Shown piece by piece: positions 54,393 through 64,000 of a stretch of DNA of 64,000 nt. Every line of letters starts with the position of its first letter. The first letter of the stretch is position 1. Origin of the DNA: Dictyoglomus sp. (GTDB lineage: Bacteria > Dictyoglomota > Dictyoglomia > Dictyoglomales > Dictyoglomaceae). The notes beneath the pieces were generated by a model. It searched no databases, was not told the origin of the DNA, and saw only the letters and a list, made by a program, of their open reading frames with translations. Location of the stretch: NCBI GenBank assembly GCA_025060475.1, contig JANXBZ010000009.1, positions 31,406 through 95,405 on the forward strand, in the 5' to 3' direction. The translations under genes were made by a program, and so were the position numbers.

Positions 54393-54730
54393 TGAAATAA
54401 TTTTTAAATTAATAAGCTTAAGAATAAATTTCGGAAAGTATCTGCTCTCTCTTTAGGTTTTCCAAGAACAGAGTCATATTGAGTGCTTTTTTAAGGATAT
54501 ATAAAATCTCAGTAAAAAAGTATTTGCCTCGATGAAGCGATAACTTCATTGAAATTAACGGAGAATCCTTAAGAATGCTTGAAGTATATCAAAAAACTGA
54601 AAAGCTTTCTATGGATACTCTTCTTAAAGAACTAAAATTTCATCCTCTATGATGGTTAAAATATAAAAAAACTTTGAAATTTAAATAAAATAAAGTTAAA
54701 ATAATAAAAAATAAATTTTTGGGGGAAAAA

Positions 54731-55618
54731 ATGATAGCAATAAATAATCCTCAAGAGATAAAAGAAAAGTTTTTAATCATCTCTGCAGATGATTTTGGAA
54801 TGTGTCATTCTGTTAATATTGCTATTTTCAAACTCTTAGAGGAAAAGATTATTTCTTCTACTACTATTATGACTCCATGCCCTTGGGCAAAAGAGGCAGG
54901 AGAATTTTGTAAGGCTCATCCAGAATTTGATGTAGGAGTTCATTTAACCTTTACCAGTGAATGGAGAAACTATAAATGGGGACCTGTAACAAGGAATAAA
55001 TCTGTAGAATCCTTAGTAAATAGAGAAGGATATTTTTTTGAGACTTCTGAGGAATTTGAGAGACATGCGAAAGAAGAAGAAATAGAAGAAGAGATAAGAA
55101 ATCAGATTAATCTTGCCTTTAAATTAGGGGTAAAACCTAGCCATCTTGATAGTCATATGGGAAGTTTATTTGGATTTTCAGGAAGAACTTTTATTCCTAT
55201 AGTATTTCAATTTTGTAAAGCTTATAATCTACCTTTTAGATTGCCAAAAAAAATTCCCCCAGAAATGCTTCCTCAACTATCTCAAGATTTAATTGACCTA
55301 CATATGAAGATATTAGATATGGCAAGGGAAATGGGAATTCCCCTTATAGATTATCTTATACCATATCCCTATGATCTACCTGAATGCTCTGATTATTATT
55401 CCTTTAAGAGGATGATCATTGGTTTATTAAAAAAGCTAAGACCTGGAATATCGGAGATAATTATTCATCCCTCTGTGGAGAGTGATGAAATAAAATCTAT
55501 AAATCCCACCTGGGAAAAAAGAGTGTGGGAATATTTAGTCTTTAGAGATGAGGAAGTAAGGAGAGTAATAAAGGAGGAAGGTATAAAAATAATTTCTTGG
55601 AAAGATTTAAAATTATAA
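54731..55618 (+). CDS. YdjC/ChbG-family carbohydrate deacetylase
   Basis: LIISADDFGMCHSVNIAI...VGVHLTFTSEW...PSHLDSHM: the YdjC metal-site pattern (D, H, H). ATG 54731 preferred over TTG 54719. Confidence 0.8.
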   Translation: MIAINNPQEIKEKFLIISADDFGMCHSVNIAIFKLLEEKIISSTTIMTPCPWAKEAGEFCKAHPEFDVGVHLTFTSEWRNYKWGPVTRNKSVESLVNREGYFFETSEEFERHAKEEEIEEEIRNQINLAFKLGVKPSHLDSHMGSLFGFSGRTFIPIVFQFCKAYNLPFRLPKKIPPEMLPQLSQDLIDLHMKILDMAREMGIPLIDYLIPYPYDLPECSDYYSFKRMIIGLLKKLRPGISEIIIHPSVESDEIKSINPTWEKRVWEYLVFRDEEVRRVIKEEGIKIISWKDLKL

Positions 55619-56393
55619 GATTGAAACTTCCTCCTTGGATTGTGTTACCTTTATATTATCGATTACTATCTTTCCTGATAAATTATTACCACTTTGTCTT
55701 ATTTGTATTTGATAGTACCTAGTTTTAATTCATTTGGGTTTTTATAGCCCAATTTTTACTGCTTCCTCAAAGGGAAGAGATTTACCTACAACTGCTTCTC
55801 CAAGACCTGTAGATTCAATTAGGTAATATATTTCCTGAAGGTAAAATTATAAAAGGAAAGGCATGACCAGGAATTTTTTAAGTCTACGGCTTCGCATATG
55901 GCAGAAAGAATATTGCAAGATCAATACATGTTTCTGCCTTATCTCTTAGGACGTCTCTAGGAAATTTTATATCTTGTACCCCTGTTGAATAAGACACAAG
56001 AAAATCTTATGGAGTTTGATAGGATATACCATTAATGATGAAGATGCAACTTCTCCTGGATATTGACTTACTAGTCCTGCAAAAGTTTTTATTGGTTCAT
56101 CGAGTTTAGTCACAAAAGCTGAAATAAGTGGTATATTGGAGAAATTATCTATCTTGGCTATCCAATATGAGCCATTTAAAACTTCAGGCATACCATAAAC
56201 CTTAAAATAGCCTTTGTTTTGTCGCTATATATTAGTTCGGAGTTTTTTCCTATATTAAGCTCTCATTTTTGTCTTTTATATACCCCTGCACTTATTATAT
56301 TTGCAGACATAACTATTGAAGTTAGGATAAGCACTCTTTACTTGTAAGTAGAGAGCATTAGTGGAAAAGGTCCATCTTATAGATATATTTAAA

Positions 56394-58418
56394 TTACCTT
56401 CTTATCTCTTTTGGAATTAGATCTCCAATTTTTCCCTCTGCTAAAGCCATTACTTCATCCGCACCGCCATAATAAACAAGAATTTCATCAGTCTCTTCCA
56501 ATATCTCAGTAGAATCCTTAAATTTAGGTACTACTCCACAGGTAAATACCACATCAGGCACCCATCCTTCTATCTCATAATACTCTTCTGGTTCTAATAT
56601 GGGTTCAGGAGAACGATATATAATCTTTGTAGGATCGTCAAAGGGAGTGAGAACTACACCCAAAGCATAAGTTCTTTTTCCTTTCCATCTCCCTACACCG
56701 TGATAAATATGTAACCATCCAAACTTCGTCTTTAAGGGAGGAGCTCCTGCACCAATTTTTTCACTATCCCAGTATCCTGGTCTTGGCATAAGAAAGGTTT
56801 TTCCAACAGTTGGACCTTTATAAGGAATTTCATTGGTAAATAGAATTTGCATATCAGGAGGAACCCTATGGATTAATGCTATTTTATTATTTAAAAGCTC
56901 TGGAAAGAGATTTATAAAATTTCCTTTATAAAAAGGGGTTCCTTCTATTTTTTCTTCGACTCTTTCGTATACAGGAAATAATACTGCATCTTTATCATCA
57001 AGCCCTTTAAAAATAGGTCCATTTCTTTCCCATAAGGATTTCCATTCTTCATAGGATTTAAATTCTTTTACCCCTCTTAAGAAATCCTTTACTTTTATCC
57101 TTGCTAAAGATAACTGAACTAAATCACCATAGGAAGTATAAGTCATATAGAGATTATCTTCGATTAAAGATATTCTTGGATCCTCGGTTCCTCCCAATTC
57201 TCTTATCATTCCCAAGTTTTTTAATTGCCATTCCTTTCTTTTTTCCAATCTTTTGGGAATTTCATATTCTTCCTCAGGGCCAAAAATAGGATAATCAAGT
57301 CTTCCTTCTTCTTTATATCCATCCTTACTCCACCAAAGACCTATTCTTGAGAATCCATCTTCTCCTAAAGCCCTATAAAAAATATATATTTTCCCTTCTA
57401 ATCTTATAGCTCCTGCATTATATACTAATTTTTCCCATTGTATTTTCTTATTATTAACTTCTATATACACATTAGGACGCGCTTTAAATAGTGGATTTTT
57501 TACATATCTTCTTAATTTTGATGAAGAGGGATACGATATAGGATTGAGAACTTCGTTAAAAATATACAAAAACTGACTTCCTACCCTTTCTGGGGAGTGT
57601 CCATAGGATAAAGCCTGATAATATTTTACAATATCTTCTCTTTCCTCTCCATTTTTAAGAAGATATCTTATTTTATCTAACAAATTATCTTCCGTATATC
57701 TTAAACCTTCCCAGTAAGAATATTTAAGAATTCCAACATCTCTTACTAAGACAGGAGAATACCCCGTAATTACTTGATAAAATAAAAGGGGAAATTCATC
57801 CTCCTTTTGGTAAAGAACTACAAGTTTTGAACAGAAAGTATATTTTACTATATCCTTCCAGGATTCTACTATTCTTAAATCTATCAAGTCTTTAACTTCC
57901 TCTCCAATCTTTTTCTTTTCTTCCACAGAAAAAATAAGTCCCAAAAGATAAATGGAGGAATCCTCGTTTAAATTGATAATGACATTTTTTAAGAAAGGAA
58001 TGAAATCTCCTAAGAGGATGATTATATTTTTGTCCTTAGGCAATTTTAATTCTTCAAAGAGCATATCCTTAGAAAAATCCAATACGGAATAATAAGGAAC
58101 CTCGACTTTATAGGTTCTTTTATCTTCCATAGGAACAAAAGAGATAATAGCAGACCATATAGGAGAATGTACAATATCGTACTTTTCTCCCCATGGATTT
58201 AGAAGAATCTTCTTAGCATTAAATCTGTTTAGATTACTTATTATATCCTCCCATGGGAGATTCTTTCTTCCTAAAACTAAGAAAATATTGTATCCTTCTT
58301 CTCCTTTATAATCGGAGGAGATCTTCACTTTATATCCTTGAGATCTCCACCATTCTAAAATAGGAATCAAATATTCCTCTTCTCCTAAGACCAAAATTCC
58401 ATCAATTTTATTAACCAT
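56394..58418 (-). CDS. Fusion protein: N-terminal glycosyltransferase-like Rossmann region plus C-terminal GH130 glycoside phosphorylase domain
   Basis: The C-terminal ~370 aa carry GAIRLEGKIYIFYRA, GGTEDPRISLIED.LYMTYTSY and WDSEKIGAGAPP...GWLHIYHGV, typical of GH130 five-bladed propellers. The N-terminal ~300 aa resemble the C-terminal half of GT-B enzymes (weak). Confidence 0.7.
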   Translation of the reverse strand: MVNKIDGILVLGEEEYLIPILEWWRSQGYKVKISSDYKGEEGYNIFLVLGRKNLPWEDIISNLNRFNAKKILLNPWGEKYDIVHSPIWSAIISFVPMEDKRTYKVEVPYYSVLDFSKDMLFEELKLPKDKNIIILLGDFIPFLKNVIINLNEDSSIYLLGLIFSVEEKKKIGEEVKDLIDLRIVESWKDIVKYTFCSKLVVLYQKEDEFPLLFYQVITGYSPVLVRDVGILKYSYWEGLRYTEDNLLDKIRYLLKNGEEREDIVKYYQALSYGHSPERVGSQFLYIFNEVLNPISYPSSSKLRRYVKNPLFKARPNVYIEVNNKKIQWEKLVYNAGAIRLEGKIYIFYRALGEDGFSRIGLWWSKDGYKEEGRLDYPIFGPEEEYEIPKRLEKRKEWQLKNLGMIRELGGTEDPRISLIEDNLYMTYTSYGDLVQLSLARIKVKDFLRGVKEFKSYEEWKSLWERNGPIFKGLDDKDAVLFPVYERVEEKIEGTPFYKGNFINLFPELLNNKIALIHRVPPDMQILFTNEIPYKGPTVGKTFLMPRPGYWDSEKIGAGAPPLKTKFGWLHIYHGVGRWKGKRTYALGVVLTPFDDPTKIIYRSPEPILEPEEYYEIEGWVPDVVFTCGVVPKFKDSTEILEETDEILVYYGGADEVMALAEGKIGDLIPKEIRR

Positions 58419-58473
58419 TTTTCTACTCCCCTTTTAATGATTTTTTATCAGAGAATATATTATATATAGCTTA

Positions 58474-59229
58474 TTATTTATTCCAAGGTCTTCTTAAAAA
58501 TTCTATGGAGCTTACTTCTTCACAAAAATCTCTCGAACTAAAGCAGATATCTCCTAAATTTCTTACTGGAAAAACTCCTGCGATACTATTAGTTAGAAAA
58601 CATTCTTCCATTTTTTTTATATCCTCTAAACTTAAAAATATCTTTTTTATCTCATATCCTAACTTCCCGCTTATTTTTATAACTTCTTTTCTCATGATTC
58701 CAGGAAGAACACCACTTAGAATATGAGGAGTATAGATAATTCTTCCTTTTCTGAAAAATATGTTTCCGAAAGAAGTTTCCGTTACTAAACCCCTTTCGTT
58801 TAAAAACAGAGCAGTATCAAATCCTTTCTTTTTTGCTCTCTCCTCTTCTATTACATTAAGTCCCATATTAAAGGTCTTAATAAAATTTAGTATATTACGA
58901 GAGAATTTTATAGATTTTGAAATACTAACTCTCAAGCCTCTTTTAAACAATTCTCTATTATATTTAACCTCTCTTTCTTCTATATAAAGATACTGATCTT
59001 TTAAGAAGATCCTTATTGCTCCGAAATCAGAGGTTATATTTTGAACAAACTGAGAAAGTGCTTTTTCAAAATCTTCATAAGAAAGTTCAAAGGGTATACT
59101 AAGAATATGAAAGGCTCTTTTCATTCTTCTATAATGCTCATATACAAAATGTACCTTTTTATTCTCAAAATACAAAGTCTCAAAAGGCTTTAATCCAAAC
59201 AAAAAATAGTATTCTTTTCTATCCTCCAA
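58474..59229 (-). CDS. pabC: Aminodeoxychorismate lyase (class IV aminotransferase fold)
   Basis: Fold-type IV pattern (...LVTETSFGNIFF...IYTP....GVLPGIMR). 11-nt overlap with pabB. Confidence 0.7.
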   Translation of the reverse strand: MEDRKEYYFLFGLKPFETLYFENKKVHFVYEHYRRMKRAFHILSIPFELSYEDFEKALSQFVQNITSDFGAIRIFLKDQYLYIEEREVKYNRELFKRGLRVSISKSIKFSRNILNFIKTFNMGLNVIEEERAKKKGFDTALFLNERGLVTETSFGNIFFRKGRIIYTPHILSGVLPGIMRKEVIKISGKLGYEIKKIFLSLEDIKKMEECFLTNSIAGVFPVRNLGDICFSSRDFCEEVSSIEFLRRPWNK

Positions 59230-60544
59230 TTTTTTCAGCTCCTCTTATTCTATGGAAAGAATTCTCTAGAAAAACATTTAAAAGAGGTTTTCCTTTGTGT
59301 AGAGTTTCTTCATATTCATCCTCTTCTATAGAATCCCAAACTATACCCCCTCCTACATTATAATAAGCTTTCTCTCTTTCTACTAAAAGAGTTCTTATAG
59401 CTATATTAAAAGCCATATTAAAATTATTAGCCACAAAACCTATAGAACCTGTGTATATTCCTCTTGGATCCTTTTCTAATTCTTCAATTATTTTTATAGC
59501 ATTCAATTTTGGTGCTCCTGTAATTGAGCCACCTGGAAAAGTTGCTTTTATTATATCTTCAAAAGTAACATTTTTCTTTAAATTTCCCTCTACTGTAGAT
59601 ACCAAGTGATATACCGTAGAGTACTCTTCAACCTCGAAAAGCTTTTTGACATTAATGGAACTAGGAATACATATCTTTGCAAAATCATTTCTTTCTAAGT
59701 CTACAATCATTAGAAGTTCTGATCTACATTTTTCGTCATTAATAAGAGTTTCTCTATAAAATTCATCTTCGTAAGCATTTTTTCCTCTCTTAATAGTTCC
59801 TTTAATTGGTCTTGTTACAATTTTCTCTTTTATCTTATATAAAAATAATTCAGGAGAAGTTGATATTACATATTTATCTTGGATTTTTATAAAAGCATGA
59901 AAAGAACCGTAATTCTTTTTCCTTAATTGATAGTATATATGATAGGGATCAAATTCTCCTTCAAAGATAAATTTCTGAGATAAATTTACTTGATAAACAT
60001 CTCCTTCATAAATGTACTTTTTAATTTTTCTAATGGCCTCTAAGTACTCTCCTCTTTCAAAATTTACATAATATCTATATAGTTTATTACCTTTGAAAGA
60101 ATATATCCTTTCCCTTCGTGACAATAAAATTTCTTTTATATCTTTATAAATATTTGGGGAAATATACATTTTATTAATAAGATGATCAAAAATAATAAAG
60201 TCTTCATAATATCCAAAGAAAGCTTTAGGAAAAGATTGATTTTTCTTCCTTGGAATATTAAAGAGATCAACTCCAAAATCATAGGAAAGATATCCTGCAA
60301 AACCTCCGTTAAAAATTAAATTATCTTCTTTTCTTCTCTTTTCTATTTCTTTTGAAAAAACCCTTAGGTAAGATCTTGCGTCGTCTTCTTCTCTACATAT
60401 AAAAATTTCTTTTGGTCTTAAAAAAATAAAAGAATACCTACCATATTCTCTATGAAAAAGATTACTTTCAAGAAGAATTGAATAGTCTTCTCTAAAAAGA
60501 TAATAAAGGTCAAAAGGATTTATAACAATATTTTCCTCAAACAT
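59219..60544 (-). CDS. pabB: Aminodeoxychorismate (or anthranilate) synthase component I
   Basis: Chorismate-binding blocks SPELFL, RPIKGT.KRG, ERNDFAKI, FPGGSITGAPK, RGIYTGSIG. Confidence 0.85.
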   Translation of the reverse strand: MFEENIVINPFDLYYLFREDYSILLESNLFHREYGRYSFIFLRPKEIFICREEDDARSYLRVFSKEIEKRRKEDNLIFNGGFAGYLSYDFGVDLFNIPRKKNQSFPKAFFGYYEDFIIFDHLINKMYISPNIYKDIKEILLSRRERIYSFKGNKLYRYYVNFERGEYLEAIRKIKKYIYEGDVYQVNLSQKFIFEGEFDPYHIYYQLRKKNYGSFHAFIKIQDKYVISTSPELFLYKIKEKIVTRPIKGTIKRGKNAYEDEFYRETLINDEKCRSELLMIVDLERNDFAKICIPSSINVKKLFEVEEYSTVYHLVSTVEGNLKKNVTFEDIIKATFPGGSITGAPKLNAIKIIEELEKDPRGIYTGSIGFVANNFNMAFNIAIRTLLVEREKAYYNVGGGIVWDSIEEDEYEETLHKGKPLLNVFLENSFHRIRGAEKIGG

Positions 60545-60547
60545 ATT

Positions 60548-61114
60548 TCAGAGCTCCAAAAAATTTCTTAACATATCAATACCATATTCAGTACCAATAG
60601 ACTCAGGATGAAACTGAACTCCTTCTATTTTGTAGAGCTTATGCCTAATTCCCATAATTTCTCCCTTTTTAGTATAAGCAGAAATCTCAATATTTTTATC
60701 CTCATTTTCTGATCTTTCTAAGATTAAAGAGTGATATCTTACTACCTTAAGAGGATTTTTCATATTCTTAAAAAGCCCCTTTTCATCATGAACTATCTCA
60801 TCAATTATTCCGTGCATAGGCTTTAAAGCTTTTGTAAGCTTTAATCCAAAATATACTCCAATAGCTTGATGCCCAAGGCAAACTCCAAGTATCCTTTTTT
60901 CTTCCTTAAATTTATCTATAACTTCCAATAAAATTTCGTCATCAAAAGGTCTTCCAGGTCCTGGAGAAAGAACAATATATTTAGGATTTACACTTTTGAC
61001 ATATGAAATAGAGATTTCATCCCTATTTTTTACAATAGTTTTAGCTCCTAATCTCAGAAAATAATTATACAGATTGTATGTAAAGGAATCGTAACTATCT
61101 ATAATAAGAAGCAT
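60548..61114 (-). CDS. pabA: Glutamine amidotransferase component II
   Basis: MLLIIDSYDSFTYNL..., LGVCLGHQ (catalytic Cys), GVQFHPES. The track extension to 61174 overlaps the upstream terminator, so ATG 61114 is preferred. Confidence 0.85.
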   Translation of the reverse strand: MLLIIDSYDSFTYNLYNYFLRLGAKTIVKNRDEISISYVKSVNPKYIVLSPGPGRPFDDEILLEVIDKFKEEKRILGVCLGHQAIGVYFGLKLTKALKPMHGIIDEIVHDEKGLFKNMKNPLKVVRYHSLILERSENEDKNIEISAYTKKGEIMGIRHKLYKIEGVQFHPESIGTEYGIDMLRNFLEL

Positions 61115-61147
61115 AATCTTAACTAAATATTTTAGTCTAAAAAGTAT

Positions 61148-61187
61148 ATAAAAGAAAAGGGGATACCTTTTCACGTGGTATCCCCTT
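61148..61187 (-). terminator. Rho-independent terminator of the peroxiredoxin gene
   Basis: Perfect 11-bp stem AAGGGGATACC/GGTATCCCCTT (61157-61167 and 61177-61187). On the minus RNA it is followed by UUUCUUUUAUAU. Confidence 0.7.
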
Positions 61188-61217
61188 CCTATTAAGGATA
61201 TAAAATTAACTTGCTAC

Positions 61218-61898
61218 TTACTTTTTCTCTAACTTTTTATGACAGAGCCACCAATCAAAACACTCAATTTCTCCTTTTTTAGCGGCCTCAAGTCTTGCTT
61301 TAGCAGTATTAACGTCCTTTGCTGGTGGAATAATAACATGATCTTTTCCTACCACTTCACTTTCTGGCCATTGAGCAGGTATTGCAACTCCATGCTTATC
61401 AGATACTTGTAATGCCTCTAAAGCTCTTAAAATTTCATCTATGTTTCTACCTATCTCTTGAGGATAATAGAGTATTAATCTAATTATTCCTTTATCATCC
61501 ACAACAAATACTGCTCTTACCGTATTAGTTCCTTTTCCAGGATGAACTAATCCAAGTTTTTCTGCGACTTTACCCATATCATCTGCAATAATTGGAAAAT
61601 CAATTTCTACTCCGATTTTTTCTTTTATCCATTCTATCCATTTTATATGGCTAAATACTTGATCAATACTTAGTCCAATTAATTCGGTATTTAATGCTTT
61701 AAACTTTTCGTATCTTTTCTGAAAAGCTACAAATTCTGTGGTACATACAGGAGTAAAATCTGCGGGATGACTAAATAGTACAAACCATTTACCCTTATAA
61801 TCTTGAGGAAGTTTTTTAACTCCATGGGTAGTTAAAACTTCAACCTCAGGAAAGGGATCTCCAAGAAGTGGCATTCCTTTTCTTTCTAAATTTTCCAT
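61218..61898 (-). CDS. Peroxiredoxin (Prx6 / archaeal-type thioredoxin peroxidase)
   Basis: [18 protein letters not shown] peroxidatic motif. 226 aa with a C-terminal extension bearing CFDWWLC. Confidence 0.9.
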   Translation of the reverse strand: MENLERKGMPLLGDPFPEVEVLTTHGVKKLPQDYKGKWFVLFSHPADFTPVCTTEFVAFQKRYEKFKALNTELIGLSIDQVFSHIKWIEWIKEKIGVEIDFPIIADDMGKVAEKLGLVHPGKGTNTVRAVFVVDDKGIIRLILYYPQEIGRNIDEILRALEALQVSDKHGVAIPAQWPESEVVGKDHVIIPPAKDVNTAKARLEAAKKGEIECFDWWLCHKKLEKK

Positions 61899-61912
61899 AA
61901 TTTCACCTCCTA

Positions 61913-61935
61913 TTGATAATAATAATTATTCTCAA
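61913..61935. promoter_or_regulatory. Fur/PerR-family box: 11-1-11 inverted repeat TTGATAATAAT-A-ATTATTCTCAA
   Basis: One mismatch between the arms. The core GATAATAATAATTATTCTC matches 16/19 of the classical Fur box GATAATGATAATCATTATC. It lies directly upstream of the peroxiredoxin RBS. Confidence 0.45.
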
Positions 61936-61981
61936 TTCAATTTAAAATATATCATAACTGAAAAATTTTTGCAAGTAGTTT

Positions 61982-62842
61982 TTAGATAAACTCTTTTAAA
62001 ATTTTTTCAAATATCTCCAAAGGGTTTTTTGTTTTTTTATATAGTGGAAGCCCTTCCAGTTGAGGCAGAGATTCTTCATAGGTTTTTCTTTCCTTTTTAT
62101 ATATAACTCCGATAGGAATTTTGTCTCCCCATTCTAAGGCTTTTTCAAAGGCCTTGTTAATGTCAGAGGGATCATAATCTTCAGGAAGTTTATATATCCT
62201 TTCTCTATACCAGGAAAAGGTATTTATTTTGTTGAAAGTAACACAAGGTTGAAGTATGTCAAGAAGAGCAAAGCCTTTGTGGGTTATAGCAAGTTTCATC
62301 ATTTCCACAAGATGATCAGGATCTCCTGAAAAAGATCGAGCTACAAAAGAAGCTCCACTTGCTATGGCAAGAGCTATAGGATTCAATGGAGGATATATTA
62401 CCCCAAAGGGTTGAACTTTGGTCTTCATCCCCATATCACTGGTAGGAGATGCTTGTCCCTTTGTAAGACCATAAATTTGATTATTGTGTACAAAGACCTT
62501 TATATTAACGTTTCTTCGAGCATTGTGAATTAGATGATTTCCTCCTTCGCCATAAGTGTTGCCATCTCCTGCTTCACAAATAACAATAAGATCTTTATTA
62601 GCAATTTTTGCTCCTACTGCTACAGGAATATCTCTTCCATGGAGTCCATTAAAAAGATTACACCTAAAATAATGGGGAGCCTTAGCTGCCTGGCCAATTC
62701 CTGATACCATTAAAACTCTATATGCGGGTATCATAAGTTCTACTAAGGTTCTCTTTATGCAATTCAAAATAGACCAGTTTCCACATCCAGGACACCAAGC
62801 AGGAACTTGATTATTATCAAAATCTTCTATTCTCATTTCCAT
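61982..62842 (-). CDS. 2-oxoacid:ferredoxin oxidoreductase, beta (TPP-binding) subunit
   Basis: [13 protein letters not shown]-terminal Cys motif and the TPP motif [20 protein letters not shown]. Confidence 0.9.
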   Translation of the reverse strand: MEMRIEDFDNNQVPAWCPGCGNWSILNCIKRTLVELMIPAYRVLMVSGIGQAAKAPHYFRCNLFNGLHGRDIPVAVGAKIANKDLIVICEAGDGNTYGEGGNHLIHNARRNVNIKVFVHNNQIYGLTKGQASPTSDMGMKTKVQPFGVIYPPLNPIALAIASGASFVARSFSGDPDHLVEMMKLAITHKGFALLDILQPCVTFNKINTFSWYRERIYKLPEDYDPSDINKAFEKALEWGDKIPIGVIYKKERKTYEESLPQLEGLPLYKKTKNPLEIFEKILKEFI

Positions 62843-64000
62843 AAATTTTCTACCTCCTTAATGATTTCATCTACATAAAAAGGTTTCCCATCGTACTTTG
62901 TTATAAATTTTTCTACCTTGATAAAGGCTTCTTTTCTAATAAGACTTGCAAACTGTCCTTGATAGTTTTGTTCTATGGTATAAAGTTTTTTATCTTTAAA
63001 TTTTTCTAAAGTCTTTGTAGGAAGGGGATATATATCGGAAAAATGTAAATGCCCAATTTTATATCCTTTACTAATCAGTTTCTCCACAGCCTCCTTAATA
63101 ACACCATAGGTGGATCCCCATCCTATAAAAACTACCTCTGGATCTTCAGATCCAAAATAAACAGGCTCTTCCATCTCTTGAGAAAGAGGAATTATTTTTT
63201 TCATCCTTTTTTCTACCATTCTTTTTCTAATTTCTAAATCCTCTGTTATATGGCCTTCCTCGTCATGCTCGTCGCTATCGGTAATAACAAGAGCTTCCGA
63301 TTCTCCAGGTATAGCAAAGGGGGAAATACCATTATCAGTTATTTTGTGCCTCAAATAGTTTGAATCTGCCTTAATTCGATAGGATCCAATTTGGAAAGAG
63401 GGAATTAACTCATCTATTACCGCTTTGGAATCTATGAGATATTGATCTGTTAATATAATAGAAGGTATTTGGTACTTTTCTGCTATTTCAAAAGCTTTGA
63501 TAGTTTTATAAAAAGCATCTTTTTGGTCTCTTGGAGCGGTAATATATCTTGGAAACTCTCCATGTCCTGCGTGAATAACAAAATTTAAGTCTCCTTGTTC
63601 TGTTCTTGTGGGAAGTCCTGTGGCAGGACCTGGTCTTTGTCCCAGATGAATAACAACTGGATTTTCTGTCATTCCAGAAAGACTTAAACCTTCTACCATA
63701 AGAGCAAAACCGCCCCCTGATGTAGTAACCATAGATCTTGCACCAGCAAAGAAGGCACCAATTGCCATATTTATGGCGGATATTTCATCTTCTGCTTGTT
63801 CTACAACTATATCAAAATCCAACTCGTGTTCTGCTAAGAAATTCATGACAGCAGTTCCTGGAGTCATGGGATAAGAAGCAAGAAATTTACATCCAGCAAC
63901 TATAGCTCCAAAACCTACTGCTTCTCCACCACTCATAAAAATTCTTGAGAATCTTTCTTTTTTAGGAAAATCCTTACATTTTTTCCCTGAATTGATGGAA
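62833..64000 (-). CDS. 2-oxoacid:ferredoxin oxidoreductase, alpha subunit (5' end runs off the window)
   Basis: [26 protein letters not shown]... The frame stays open upstream of the first Met to the window edge ([27 protein letters not shown]). 10-nt overlap with the beta subunit. Confidence 0.85.
   Translation of the reverse strand, partial: SINSGKKCKDFPKKERFSRIFMSGGEAVGFGAIVAGCKFLASYPMTPGTAVMNFLAEHELDFDIVVEQAEDEISAINMAIGAFFAGARSMVTTSGGGFALMVEGLSLSGMTENPVVIHLGQRPGPATGLPTRTEQGDLNFVIHAGHGEFPRYITAPRDQKDAFYKTIKAFEIAEKYQIPSIILTDQYLIDSKAVIDELIPSFQIGSYRIKADSNYLRHKITDNGISPFAIPGESEALVITDSDEHDEEGHITEDLEIRKRMVEKRMKKIIPLSQEMEEPVYFGSEDPEVVFIGWGSTYGVIKEAVEKLISKGYKIGHLHFSDIYPLPTKTLEKFKDKKLYTIEQNYQGQFASLIRKEAFIKVEKFITKYDGKPFYVDEIIKEVENLWK

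Noticed and set aside
54576-54653. Small + strand ORF MLEVYQKTEKLSMDTLLKELKFHPL in the spacer before YdjC.
   Set aside because: It has only a weak, poorly spaced GGAG upstream, no recognisable family, and lies in a stretch that looks like degraded sequence. Coding cannot be supported.
61115-61174. N-terminal ORF-track extensions: pabA to 61174, M1 peptidase to 10593, cbiM from 27158, eda from 49935, nucleoside hydrolase from 13319, YdjC from 54719.
   Set aside because: Internal ATGs have proper RBSs and give canonical family N-termini (MLLIIDSYD, signal peptide MRKFF, MHIPDG, and so on). The pabA extension also overlaps the upstream terminator hairpin.
1-64000. Search by eye for tRNA, rRNA, tmRNA, RNase P, group II intron or riboswitch signatures in all gaps over 100 bp.
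   Set aside because: No GC-rich cloverleaf-like segments (such as GGTTCGAATCC-type T-arms) or conserved riboswitch cores were seen. The gaps are AT-rich promoters, terminators or gene remnants. A covariance-model scan (Infernal/tRNAscan) would be needed to be definitive.

Overview
A 64 kb, AT-rich bacterial chromosomal segment. Gene content (many glycan phosphorylases, TM287/288-like ABC pair, Omp85-type barrel, 2-oxoacid:ferredoxin oxidoreductase) suggests a thermophilic saccharolytic diderm of the Dictyoglomus/Thermotogae type; this taxon call is low-confidence inference. I support about 55 CDS, at least 8 gene remnants or pseudogenes, and no rRNA, tRNA or CRISPR array. From left to right: the tail of parB; a transporter/HAD/MarR/heterodimeric-ABC block; an intergenic cluster of ten perfect DnaA boxes next to a pure A/T tract (oriC-like); an M1 peptidase fused to an Omp85-type barrel; a decayed fucose operon; and a defence island at 14.3-27.1 kb. 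The island holds (i) a beta-class amino-MTase overlapping an endonuclease III-like HhH-GPD/[4Fe-4S] protein, which is my top candidate for an undescribed restriction-glycosylase-type system; (ii) an IS remnant; (iii) a 1087-aa GH94-clan-like protein; (iv) a PLD-SNF2 helicase plus Eco57I-family MTase module. After the island come cbiM-PDGLE-cbiQ-cbiO and a CDF-like gene, a pilin-like protein with a Zn-ribbon tail, a small ORF whose SD is locked in a perfect hairpin, and tldD/pmbA. Next are peroxiredoxin and arsC, a PBP-GAF-GGDEF-HD-GYP protein, more gene remnants (radical SAM, rfbD, flavodoxin, ABC permease), LacI plus GH94 with palindromic operators, and a ZIP transporter. The window ends with an RpiR/TRAP/KDPG-aldolase sugar-acid locus, YdjC, a GT-like GH130 fusion, pabABC, a peroxiredoxin with a Fur/PerR-like box, and korAB. 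All calls come from reading the translations and sequence by eye; no searches were run.
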